Positions 1 to 11,580 of a DNA stretch of 64,000 bases are shown here, in pieces. A program made the translations under genes and the position numbers. The DNA lies in the NCBI RefSeq assembly GCF_004010195.1, contig NC_057750.1, positions 18,390,542 to 18,454,541 of the forward strand, given 5' to 3'. The DNA is from Chiloscyllium plagiosum. Lineage: Eukaryota. How positions within the stretch are numbered: the first letter of the stretch is position 1; each line of letters opens with the position of its first letter. The notes beneath the pieces were generated by a model, which was not told the DNA's origin, did no database searches, and saw only the letters and a program-made list of their open reading frames with translations.

Positions 1-156
1 ACTCTCTCCCCACCCCCCCCCTCCTCTAGCTTATCTCTCCACGCTTCAGGCTCTCTGCCTTTATTCCTGATGAAGGGCTTTTGCCCGAAACGTCGATTTT
101 GCCTGTCCTCGGATGCTGCCTGAATTGCTGTGCTCTTCCAGCACCACTGATCCAGA
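1..156 (+). mobile_element. Penelope-like element 3' terminal repeat (pLTR), truncated by window start
   Basis: C/T-rich tract, then ctgcctttattcCTGATGAagggcttttgcccGAAAcgtcga...ggatgctgcctgaattgctgtgctcttccagcaccact. Near-identical to 46711-46816 and related to 13861-13955 and 24414-24510. Confidence 0.85.
62..98 (+). ncRNA. Minimal type I hammerhead ribozyme motif (PLE-associated)
   Basis: CUGAUGA 67-73; helix II gggc/gccc with tttt loop; GAAA 87-90; palindromic ACGT helix III; GUC triplet 92-94. Helix I is weak. Confidence 0.75.
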
Positions 157-169
157 GCCAGACTACTGC

Positions 170-283
170 GACCACTAGGACTCAGCCGGGACATTAACCG
201 CCTCAAGCTGTCGACCCCCCTCCCCCACTCCAACCTCTCATCCTCACAACGCGCAGCCCTCCAATCCCTCTGCTCTAATCCTC
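170..283 (+). pseudogene. Fragment of PLE (Neptune-type) reverse transcriptase N-terminal region
   Basis: Translates DINRLKLSTPLPHSNLSSSQRAALQSLCSNP, resembling the 'NLS..ERAAL..L' segment upstream of the PADKG motif of PLE RTs. Confidence 0.6.
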
Positions 284-284
284 C

Positions 285-787
285 AGGACGAAGGATCCGA
301 TACCCAGCATGAGCAAAACCAATGTAGTGTACAAAATTCCATGCAAGGACTGCACAAAACACTACATAGGATAAACAGTAAGACAGCTAACGGTCCGCAT
401 TCATGAACACCAACTAGCCACGAAACGACTAGACCAGCTATCCTTAGTAGCCACACACTCAGATGACAAGCAACATGAGTTCGACTGGGACAACACTACT
501 ATTATAGGACAAGCCAAACAGAGAACAGCCAGGGAATTCCTAGAGGCCTGGCACTCATCCACAGATTCTATCAACAAACACATCGACCTGGACCCAATAT
601 ACTGGCCACTGCAGCAGACAGTTGGAACTGACAACCGGACGCGGCAGGTACAAATCACTATAAATGCCGGAGGAAACATCACAGAAGCGTTTCACAGGAG
701 GCTGCCAAGCACTGAGGATGTCACCTAGACAGGGGACGAAACGTCTGCAACACAAATTCCCAGCTCGGCGAACAGAACCACAACAAG
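285..787 (+). mobile_element. 5'-truncated Penelope/Poseidon-type PLE: GIY-YIG endonuclease relic plus 3' terminal repeat
   Basis: Frame from 285 reads RTKDPIPSMSKTNVVYKIPCKDCTKHYIG*TVRQLTVRIHEH...HEFDWDNTTIIGQAKQRTAREFLEAWHS...SINKHIDLDPIY. This has the VVY...YIG GIY-YIG motif with one in-frame stop. Confidence 0.9.
709..748 (+). ncRNA. Minimal type I hammerhead ribozyme motif (second family)
   Basis: Helix I gca(709-711)/tgc(746-748); CUGAGGA 712-718; helix II gtc..cct/agg..gac; GAAA 738-741; ACGT palindrome; GUC ending at 745. Confidence 0.8.
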
Positions 788-1364
788 GTGATACATTATA
801 GGATGCTAAACCAACTGCTCCTTAATTTGAAAAAAAATTGTATAGATACAAGTATGATTGAAGAAGCTTTTAAACCATTTGACTATGTATGTACAGATTT
901 TAAAAGATTAGTTTTATCGAATATAGGTTTTTATGACAACGCTGTGGCTTTCAGTCACGTTTTTTCTATTACTAGCATCACAGATCACCATTTAGTTTAT
1001 TTTCAATTGCACAATCTGTCTTTTTGAATTTTTGTTCCTTTTCATTTCTTTTTGTTGTTTTGTATTAATTTTACAGAATACCAGAAGGGATACATCTGGA
1101 GTCAGGAAACCTAAGTCTATCATCATATCAAATCCTGAAAGAGCCCCTTGGAATTGTCAGAACAGGAATATCATCAGCTTTTAAATGTGGATAAATATTT
1201 GTCCATTCTACCTATGGGGAAAAAATATTAAGTGAGAGTATTTAAGTGGAGTACTGTGGAATGAGCTTGAAATTGGAAAAATATGTCACATGACTCATAC
1301 ACATGGTTCATTCTGTGCACAAGGCTGATTCTCCAACTAGGAGAAACACAAGGGCAGTCACACT

Positions 1365-1955
1365 ATGGAGAAACCGTGGAAATGTGAGGACTGTGGGAAG
1401 CAATTTAATTACCCCTCAAAGCTAGAAACTCATCGGCGCAGTCACACTGGGGAAAGACCATTCACCTGTTCCGTATGTGGGAAAGGATTCACTCTGTTGT
1501 CTAACCTCCAGACACATCAAAGGGTTCACACTGGGGAGAAACCATTCACCTGCACTGACTGTGGACAGCGTTTCACTACATTATCCAACTTGCTTAAACA
1601 CCAACGTATTCATACAGATCAAAGACCTTTTAAATGTTCCGACTGTGAAAAGAGCTTTAAGAGCAGAAATGAATTGTTGACACACCAACGCACTCATACT
1701 GGTGAGAGACCATTCTCCTGCTCTCTGTGTGGAAAGGGATTCACTCAATTATCACACCTTCTCAGACACCAGCGAGTTCACACTGGGGAGAGGCCATTCA
1801 GCTGCTCAGCCTGTGGGAAAGGATTCGCCAATTCATCTGAGCTTCTTAGACACCAGCCAGTTCACACTCGGGAGAGACCGTTCACCTGCTCCATTTGTGG
1901 GAAAGGATTCACTCGATCATTCACCCTGCTGAAACACCAGCGAGTTCACAAGTGA
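1365..1955 (+). CDS. Tandem C2H2 (Kruppel-type) zinc-finger protein, 7 fingers, no effector domain visible
   Basis: 196-aa ORF with seven CxxC-x12-HxxxH fingers joined by TGE(K/R)PF-type linkers. A strong polypyrimidine tract and AG at ~1025-1076 suggest this is a terminal exon. Confidence 0.88.
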   Translation: MEKPWKCEDCGKQFNYPSKLETHRRSHTGERPFTCSVCGKGFTLLSNLQTHQRVHTGEKPFTCTDCGQRFTTLSNLLKHQRIHTDQRPFKCSDCEKSFKSRNELLTHQRTHTGERPFSCSLCGKGFTQLSHLLRHQRVHTGERPFSCSACGKGFANSSELLRHQPVHTRERPFTCSICGKGFTRSFTLLKHQRVHK

Positions 1956-2489
1956 CACAAGGGAATGGATTTTGCTGATCTCACTGTTATTCATCATTGC
2001 CTGGAGTGTTATTGCACAAAGCTGAATGTGGTGCAGGAACAAAGAGATCTGGAGGGGCAAATTGCATCCTTTCCCAGGGTGCTTATGTGCTTTTTAACAT
2101 ATGGAGGACAGAAATGTGCAAAGCACTTGAATTGCAGGATGGCCACGGTTCTAACATAATTTCATTACCTTCAACTACCGACAAATATATAATGAGACAG
2201 AATTAATTATCTTGTAACAAATTATCTATAAACAAAAATGATCATAACATGATAAAATATCACATTCATTTTGAAGGTGAGAAATGTGAGTCTGATACTC
2301 AGCAATTCCAAGAGTATGTAGACAGAGTTGGCAATAGTGCAGTGGCAAAATAGGTTAAAGGATACAATGGTATGAAGCACTGAGAGGTGTTTATGGAAAT
2401 ATTTCCACACCAGACAAAGATATATTGCACTGAGAAGGAAATGCTCTTTGAGAGACAGGAACCACTAAACTAAAGACGTTAAATATGGA

Positions 2490-3440
2490 ATCAAAATAAA
2501 AAATGGTGGGGAAGTTCAGCAGGTCTGTGGAGAGTGAAACAAGTGTAAATGTTCAAGTACTGCTCCTCCAAACTGAGGGGAGGGGCAGAAAGTGATGGGC
2601 TTTAAACTATAGAAAAGGTTGGAGATGAGCAAGTGGAACAGTGGTGAGAAGGTGAAGGGAAATTATTGATAACAAGTGGAAAAATGAGGATTAATGATTG
2701 TAAAGAAAAGAGAAGTTCAGAGTAGATGCTACTAGGAGAATATAGGTCAGCTATGCTGAAAGCAAAACCAAGAAAAGCAGATACTGGGTTGGGATGGCTG
2801 GTTTGCAGGCAGAGAAACAAAATGGGGGAGAGTTCATGGTCTGAAATTGTTGAACTCGTAGTTGAGTCCTGAAGACTGTAATTAGCTTAAATGCAAAATG
2901 AGGTGCTGTTCCTCCAACTTGCATTGGGCTTTGCCAGAATACAGGACTTGGACAATCATGAGAATAAGATGGTGTATTAAAAAAGCAAGTGACTTGGTGG
3001 TCAGTGTAATGGTTGCTGACTGACCAGAGATGCCCTTGCAAAGTGGTTACCCAGTCTATTCCTGGTCTTGCCAATGTAGAGGAGACTGCATTGTGAGTAG
3101 CGAATGCATTACACTAGATTTGAAGAAGTCCAAGTAAATCACTGCTTTACTTGAAAGGAGTGTGTGGGACTTTAGATAATGAGAAGAGAGGTGGGAAAAG
3201 GGCAAGTGTTACACCATCAATTATATGAGAAGATGCCATTGGAGGGAGATGAGGTTTTGAAGGGAGACCAGGATGTCAAAGAGGGAATGCTACTTCTGGA
3301 ATGTTCACAGGGGTGGATTGTAGCATTATGCTGGAGTGGTCAAAATAGTAGAGAATGATTCCTTGCATATGATGTGTTGGGAAGTGAGGACAAGCATATT
3401 GTTCCAGGAAGGATAAGGTCAGAGCTTAGGTGATGAGTCA
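2490..3440 (-). mobile_element. Old degenerate Neptune-type PLE 3' part (GIY-YIG plus terminal repeat)
   Basis: Minus strand reads FTWTSSNLV*CIRYSQCSLLYIGKTRNRLGNHFA and KLEEQHLILHL...SGLNYEFNNFR. A decayed terminal repeat lies at ~2490-2580. Confidence 0.75.
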
Positions 3441-3669
3441 AGCATGGTTAAGGCCACCAGCCAGCCCAGTGGATGCAAACTTCATCAGAACAGAAAGAGA
3501 AACTTTGGTGTGGGCATGGGTATTCACGTGAATTTAAATGGTCCAGCTGAGATCAGGTTTCCCAAAAGTGCACTTAATGACCCACTTCCCATACTGATGA
3601 AAAGAAAAACTTCTGGAATTGGGGTGGGACTTTCATCTTAAAGGTTCTTGGAGTCTTACTAATTCATGA

Positions 3670-3960
3670 ACATGTAGCCCTTTATGTCTATACGTCATGA
3701 GGCCCCAGTGCTGATCCCTGTGTCACTCTTATTAGTTACAGCCTGTCAACCCAAACAATTATCCCTATTCTCTGCTTTCTGTTGTTTAAACAATCTTCTA
3801 CTCATGTTAATGTGCCATGAACTTTTAATTTTGTGAAGTAACCTTTGAAATGGCGCTTTATTGAATGCCATCAGGAAATCCCATTTATTCATTTTATTAT
3901 TACTTTTTAACTAACAAATTAGTAAACATGACTTTCTTTCAACATTGAGCTAGCCATGTG
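3670..3960 (-). mobile_element. Degenerate CR1 LINE RT fragment
   Basis: ccccagtgctgatccctg is the reverse of the QGSALG motif; similar to other CR1 copies in the window. Confidence 0.55.
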
Positions 3961-4429
3961 TAACAATGAATTGTAGTTATCTCAAATGGTCTTCACCATA
4001 ATGGCACAGATCGCAATCATAAAAACTGTTTCAGTGATGACAGCACAGTCAATAAACAGAGGCTAGCTTCAATGCTTCATTAATGTGCTGATGCTACATG
4101 TTGGGAACATTATAACAAGATTGCATCCATTTATTACTGTATCAGTGTGAATAGTTTTGATTCAAAGACGAGGAGTAGATGAAGTGGGAAGTAAGAACAG
4201 AAATAGCATCGTTCACAGACTTGAAATGAGTTTTGAGGTATCTTGAAGTCCAAACTGGAATTTTGTCCAAGTTCTGATTAAAGTGAAATTGAAATATGAA
4301 TGATCAATGGTTTAATCCTATAGTATTGATGTGTACAGTATGGCAGCTGGTAATGGCAGCCACACTGGTCACCAGCAAAGTAATTTGTCCACTTGATGGG
4401 AGGAAAATATTCTTTCTGGTCTTTGTCAG

Positions 4430-4550
4430 AAACTGTGTCTTCAGGTTGAAATCTTAAACCAAGTCTCTGTCTGCTCTCTCAGGTGACCAAAAGATTCTGT
4501 GATATGATTTGAAGGACATCAAGAGTTGTTTATGTTGTTCTTATCAAGGT
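4430..4550 (+). mobile_element. Deu-domain SINE fragment (SacSINE1/AmnSINE1-like)
   Basis: ttaaaccaagtctctgtctgctctctcaggtgaccaaaagattctgtg...tttgaagga resembles the Deu core as I recall it; homologous to the minus-strand copy at 15520-15850. Confidence 0.6.
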
Positions 4551-7500
4551 AATTATAACATAATTGTAACAAGATCTATACTTAAATGGCTGAAGGAAGC
4601 ATGTGGAGAAATGGACATTGAAAATGCTAAAAAGAAATAGTGGTTGCCTTGAAATTTTATGTTACTGTTTTCATATCATGAACATGCTCAATGCTTGATG
4701 ATACATTTTTTTTAAAAAAAGGTTGATCTTAATATCTGTCTGTCTTTTAAGAATGAAGCATGGGTGGAGCCCAATTTCTGATGGGAGTGGAACAGGCTTG
4801 TCTGTCCTTTATAGGATTTGATGGCATGAGCAGTGTGCTACCTGGACACATGCTTGACTGACAATATGAACACTGATCTTTCAAGTTATATTGATGTAAT
4901 TTTGTTTCTGCTTTACCACATGTTGGGATTCTTCCTTTCGTGATAGACAATAAATTGATTGATGAGATTGATCATAGATATTAGTACCTGAATGACTGAT
5001 AATTTGATGTTTCTAATGTGTATATATATATTCATTCACAAACACTTTGTGAATGAAGACATGTGCAACTTACCATGCTTTTGGTTATAAATATAATCCT
5101 ATTGTATTCAGTGCCCTGAAAAGTTGTATAAAATGCACATCCATTTGCTTTGGGTGATTATGTGACAATTGGACCTCATTCATTTGCAATCAATGTGGTA
5201 TTTACAGGTTTGACCACGAAAATTGTTCAAAATAATGACCAGCCTGTGCACATGTTACACCATTAATGTCACATTTGACTAAGCTTTGTCTTCCTTATAA
5301 ACATTGCCAGGGGTAGCTTACATTATCTCTGACTGTGACTAGACGTTTTCTGTTAATCCTGAGGCTGGGAGGATCATTTCTCAATGTTTCAGACAGTGTT
5401 TTCTTTCACATGAAGCATGCCAATTGCATTCAGGCCGTGTCAGGGAATCCAAGAGCACGTGTTATCCTTGGGTTTATCAATCAGGATGGGCATTTTTCAT
5501 TCATGTGTCTGATTTTGCAAGTATCCTCTTTTCAAATAAACATTTATTGCTCTGTTTAAGAACAACATATTTTCCTAAAGGACTATAAACTCAAAAATGC
5601 AAGTTGGACACTGCTATGTAGCTAAAAGATACCAGGTGAGTTCTTTTTTTAAATTCTGAAACTTCAAGGTCAAGTGGGATTGAGTGGTGTACAGTTTAAG
5701 TACACAATGTTTGGAGCAGTGAAGTAGGTACTACTGACAGTGGCACCAGGAGTCATTGAGTTAAGGAAAAGCTGCCAGACAACAGCCTTTCATTGGTCTA
5801 GCTCCAGTTTGTTACAGTGAATGCAGTGGAAGACACATGTAGAAGCCTACAAACTTACCATTTCTCTCTGTGACTGAAAAGACAAAAATTCTAGAGACTC
5901 TTTCAAAAAAAGAATTCTCATACAAGAAAAGACTTTGGTCCACCTGAACGGCTGTTAAAATGAATATTGATCATTGGCTCTGCAGACAACATTGTGTGAC
6001 CAATACAGGAAAATATCAAAAGAGGTGCGATAAACCATCCCTGCTGGTTTCGAGTTTGACTTCGAGCATCTGTCTTTATTTTTCCATCTATAATGTTTCT
6101 ATGAAACCATCTGGTTTTGTGTGTCTTATTTATGAATTAATCTGAATTTTGAAGTTTTAAAGCTTAAGTTGCATAGTGGTAAATTTGTTATTGTCCTGTA
6201 TATCACAAAACTTAGTGTGAATTACTTTTGTCCTGAATTGCAGTCCATAATGCAAATCCATTATCTTGCTTGTTTTATTGGATTGTGTCATGTTTGTGAT
6301 GGATTATGAAAAGTGGGGCTTGATTATAATTGAATCGTGTCATGTGACTTTTATGGAGAACCTGACTAGGACGATAATGAAGAAACTTAACCATGTGTGA
6401 AGCATCGAAATTTTGTTTCTAAAATTGTAATCTGAACTCCAATCTTAGTCTGTCCTGAGAAGAGGGTGTGTTCAGGTGAGATGGAACTTAATCCCACTCA
6501 GTTTGACTTCAATCATAAAATAAATTAGGATGCAAAATGAGCATCCAGCAGACAGGTTAAAGTCAGGCCCATAATTAGTCCAATGCCGAGACTAAGTAGT
6601 GGCTGATAGATAATATAAAGTGTGATTACTTTGAAGAACCTATTAAATACTGGTTTACACTTTACACTCTAACAGTGACATGGTGCTGTCACGTTCCGTT
6701 TTCCCCCCTTATTTGTCAAATTGCCACAAGATGCGGTGAATCATAAAGTCCACAAATATTCTCTCCACTTGTCTTGATATCAATGATGATGATCAGTCAC
6801 TGCTTCTATACTCAACAGAATTTCATCTAAATAAACTAACCCTCTTTTATAAGGTTTCTTCTCTCTCGATCTTTCATCAGTTATTATGGTAATTAACATG
6901 AATTGTTGATGGATTTATTTTTAAAATATCAATCCTTGAGGCAGTGCTTTGAAAGGAAAGTAAATCTCAAACCATCCTTGGATAATCTTTACAGAAATCA
7001 ATTGTCTGTAATTCCATAAACAGTACTTTTTTCCTAATAAAATGAAACTTTGAGGCATAATGTACTCTGAAATAAGAATCCAGTAAACATATTAGTCAGA
7101 GCAATGCCCTTCTATTTTACTGCTGATTAAATAGACAAACCAGACTATATATTTGCAAGCAATAATTATAGTATCAAACAGCGAGGTTTGGAATTGGTAC
7201 TAAAGCCAGCAATACCTGACCAATGAAGCAAGTTTAAAATGTGAGATAAAATTCAATGTTTTGTAGGAAGTTATTTTTCTAAACAGTATAACTTCAGTAA
7301 AATATTCCTCAATCTAATATAATCCTGGTGTGGTTTCATTAATATACCTGAAAATTGGTTTATCACAAAATAAAGAACAATTTAATCAATGTGTAGTCTA
7401 CCATCTGTGAGGGAGCAGGTAACATTTTACTGAAAATATCTTTAAACAGCAGCATCCTAAAACTGGATGAACAGCAAAGTCAGTCCCTTTGTTCTCCTTG

Positions 7501-7589
7501 GTTTCTGAAAAAGGAAGACATAGGACATTCACCCATTAGTTAGTACTGGGGGAGACTGACTCAACCCCTAATCCCAGCTGTATTTATCA

Positions 7590-8755
7590 TTTTCCAACCT
7601 TTGTGATTTTGAGCAATAACCAAGGACAAGGTGCAGCATAAAAGGCTGCTGTATAAGATAAAGGTACATGGCGTTACAGGCAATGCATTCGCACTGATAG
7701 AAGATTGGTTAACTAAAGGGAAGCAAAAAGTGGAGATAAATGAGTGCTTTTCTGGTTGGCGATCAGGACTGCCATTGTTTACGATATACATAAATGATTT
7801 GGAATTGGAGACCAGGTGTAGTGTGTCAGAGTTTGCAGATGACACGAAGATGAGTGGTAGAGCAAGGTGTGCAGAGGACTCTGAAACCTTGCAAAGGGAT
7901 ATAGATAATTTAAGTGAGTGGGCAAAGGTCTAGCAGATGAAGTACAATGTTGATAAATGTGAAGTCATTCATTTTGGTAGGAATGACAGTAAAAAGGACT
8001 ACTATTTGAATAGTAATCAATTGCAGCATGCTGCTGTGCAGAGGGACCTTGGTGACCATGTGCATGAATCGCAGAAGGTTGGTTTGCAGGTGCAACAGGT
8101 AATTAAGAAGGCAAATGGATTTTTGTCCTTCATTGCTAGAGGGATTTAGTTTAAAAGCAGGGAGGTTATGTTGCAGCTGTATAGTGTGTTGCTGAGGCCA
8201 CACATGGAGTACTGCATTCAGCTTTGGTCTCCTTACTTGAGAAAGGATGTGCTGGCACTAGAGGAGATGCAGAGAAGATTCACTACGTTGATTCCGGAGT
8301 TGAGAGGGTTGGCTTATGAGGAGAGATGAAAAAGACTAGGATTATAATCTTTGGAATTTAGAAGAATGAGGGGGCATCTTATAGAAACATAAAATTATGA
8401 AGCAAATAGATAAGATAGAAGGTTGTTTCCACTGGCGGGTGAAACTAGAACAAGAGGGCATAACCTCAAAACAAGGGGGAGCAGATTTAGGCCTGAATTG
8501 AGGAGGAACTTCTTCACCCAAAGAGTTGTGAATCTATGGAATTCCTTGCCCAGTGAAGTAGTTGAGGCTTTCTCATTGGATATTTTTAAAGCTAAGATAG
8601 GTATTTTTTGAACAGTGAAGGAATTAAGGGTTATGGTGAGAGGGCGGGTAAGTGGAGCTGAGGCCATAAAATGATCAGTTATGATCTTATTGAATGGTGG
8701 AGCAGGTTCAAGGGCCAGATGGCCTACTCCTGCTCCTGTTTCTTATGTTATTATG
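7590..8755 (+). mobile_element. 5'-truncated CR1 LINE (RT C-terminus plus 3' UTR)
   Basis: Frames give LFTIYINDLE...FADDTKMSG, YNVDKCEVIHFG and ELRRNFFTQRVVNLWNSLP, with a ttcttatg-type tail. Same subfamily as 47250-48662. Confidence 0.92.
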
Positions 8756-9329
8756 ACAAGGTCGCCTGAAAGAATTACGGGATTCGAGAGAAATAATCCC
8801 CCATTTAACATCAGTCTTGGCATTTCCAGTTGGCAGGCAAACTACATATGAGCCTGCATTAGACTGAATTTACGGGTTTGATTTTAGTAAAGAGTCAGTT
8901 GTTATTTTGCCAAGTGTGAATATTCAGAGCTTTGTTCATTTGATTTTTAAGTTACTTGATTTGTGTACCTCAAAATAGTTGATTCCCGTTGAAACTTTAT
9001 GTCGGTGCTTTTATGCTGTGAGCATGCTGTCTCGTTATTGATGTAATTTTTAAAACAAAATGGTTGATTTTGATAGCGATATGTTAAAGTTACTCCCAGC
9101 AGAAAGCAGATTTTCTTGATGAAGATAGAATTAATGCATAAAAGTATTAGCATCAAAGTTACAAATGTAAAATGATCTAAAATGCATGCATATTTAACTT
9201 TACAACAGCTTTGTTGATTAACAGACAGGCTGTGATCAAACACCCCATGCATGAAATGTTGTCAACTGGCAGAAGGTTGTCAATGGATTTCTGAGCAACC
9301 CACCTAGATATTAGTGATAACTTTCATTA

Positions 9330-9425
9330 ATTCTAGATCGGAAGAAGAATCATTATATTTGAAATGTTAACTCTTCTTCTGTCTCCACAGATGCCGCCAG
9401 ACTTGCCTTTTCTGTTTCTATTTCT
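9330..9425 (+). mobile_element. Decayed PLE terminal repeat
   Basis: gaagaagaatca...tgaaatgttaactct...tctccacagatgccgccagacttg; the hammerhead core is mutated. Confidence 0.5.
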
Positions 9426-10834
9426 CATCAAAACTTTTGACTCCTCCACTAGTTCTTCACTGACAAAGACACAGCCTCTAAATTTCCTCAACCATCACTC
9501 CAAAGTGGACTGCTTCCCTGACTTCTCTTCCTGGTAGTTCAGTCACTTCCCTGAGTCTGTGTTCCATTGGAATCCTGGTGCTGCATGCCCAGTGCCCACT
9601 AATTCCCTAATGTACTAAGATGGCAAAGGTTTTAGTTACTTTATACAAGGCCTGTGGTTTAAACTGTCTCCTCAGTTATAGTGTCCTATTATTCATTGAA
9701 TTCAACTGCTAGCTTTCTGACTGGTTTTGACAAACCCAACACATAGTGCCCCCCCCCCCAACACACACACAGACTCTGCCACTTTGAAGAAGATACAACA
9801 GGTTTATAAGAGACCCCTGGTTGTTGCCAAGAAGAAGGTAAGATAGGTTAAAATTAATGTTAGGGGCCAAGGATGATCTCAATGTTGGGAGAAGACAGTC
9901 AGTCAGTGCTATTTGACATTGAGGTCAGGTGATAGGCTCTTAGGGGCCTTCACTTTCCAATCACCAGTGTGTGCACACTCCGTTTCATTTTACCTCATGC
10001 ATAATTAACTTTTAAATGTATCAGTTCTTTTCAGCACAACTGTTAAATTGAATTGTTGACAAATAGGACATATTTGACCAATAAAGGAGGTGTAGCCGAT
10101 TAATAATATAATACTCTGCTGGAGCAATAACATGCTGGCATGATGAGGGTCTCATGTTACAGAAACACCACAGTAAATTCACAATTGTGATCAATGATTT
10201 TGACTGAATCGCAGAATGGCAATGGCACAGTTGAAGGCCATTTAGTTCAATGTTTACATGCTGATATTCTTTTGAAACTATTATGAGATTCCTTAAACAA
10301 GCAGAGACAATCCAGGATGAGATCATCAGCTGTTCATTCCATTCTGTAATGTAAGGATGACCTTAGGTATATTGGACAAATGACTTCTAAGCTTGGTATG
10401 ACAGTAGCATTAGCTAATATATATGAATGAATACTTCCGATCCTTTTCCAGGTTCTTTACCTGTCCTAGTTAATGGGTTCCTTTGGGAACAAGTCATGCT
10501 GCCTTGTACCTGCAAAGGGAATGTCCCAGTCTTGGAAGTCGAGTACACGCATTTTGGGGGCTATCCAACTGAGAAAATTTATACTACCTTGTCCATTGAA
10601 GCCATACTTTAGTACAAGACTGAAGATCTGAGACAGGGCAAACCTATTCAAAGATCAACTGGCCAGGGCAGCCAATCAATTGTGACTCTGACCTCATAGA
10701 ATCAGACCAGAATGAGTACCTGTAAGAGATTATTGAGAAGATGGATCTGAATTTTCATCGACATTCATCTCTCTCTAACAAATTATCTGTTTCAGTATTC
10801 TGCATTTAATCTTTAATTTTTATGAAAAGGATAG

Positions 10835-10970
10835 TACACTGGCTATGATACTGGATCAGTAATCCAGAGGACTTGACTAATAATCCAGAGAAAATTAGTT
10901 CAAATCCCAACACGGTACCTTTAGAATTTAAATCCTGTTTACTTAAATAGAAATCCGGAGACGTAAGAGA
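10835..10970 (+). mobile_element. tRNA-derived SINE head fragment (family of 33576, 40955, 55225)
   Basis: agtaatccagag...agttcaaatccc (B-box-like)...gaatttaaat matches the heads of the other copies. Confidence 0.55.
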
Positions 10971-11099
10971 TTTAATCCAAATAAAGGTGATCAATGCTCT
11001 TTTAGTTAGTCTTCTACATTCTAATTTTTCTAAATATGAGATCATTCAAAGCTCTGCTATCCATGTTTTAACTCACAGCCATATCTCTTCATGTGAAAC

Positions 11100-11580
11100 T
11101 GGAGCATGTAATAGTGCTACACTCGCTGTCCAGAAACTTGCTCCATTAGTCCCTGGTTATTGGGATGGTGGATGAACAGCCCCTGAACTTCTCTGGTAGG
11201 CTTTACAAAGCTGCTCATTGGTGTGTACCCCAGTTATTCCAACATCCTATGGACATTTTCTACATTGCTCCCTGTATCTGTAAATCTACATTCATCCTGA
11301 TAGTCAAATATCACGACAGTCTTGCACCTTTCCATGTCTGTCATTTCCTCAAACATGCAACTCTCATAGAACTCCTTCAATTTTTGCCTCTAGAGAAATT
11401 GAAATTTTGATCTGCAAGTTATGCCTTCAGATGGTTGGACACTGACGAATTCTCTCTTTAAAACTCTTGCTGCTGCACCAGCACTCTTTTCATTTCACCT
11501 GTTTGACCAAGTTTTTGCTCACATGCACTTATCCTTCTTAATGTGGATCCTTGCAAAGATTTTTTTGATAATGACTTCTG
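11100..11580 (+). mobile_element. Degenerate L2 LINE 3' part
   Basis: cacctgtttgaccaagtttttgctcacatg...tttttttgataatgacttctg resembles the L2 3' UTR; homologous to the reverse copy near 53750. Confidence 0.5.

Noticed and set aside
1477..1932. Alternative-frame ORFs overlapping the ZNF
   Set aside because: Shadow frames produced by repetitive zinc-finger codons.
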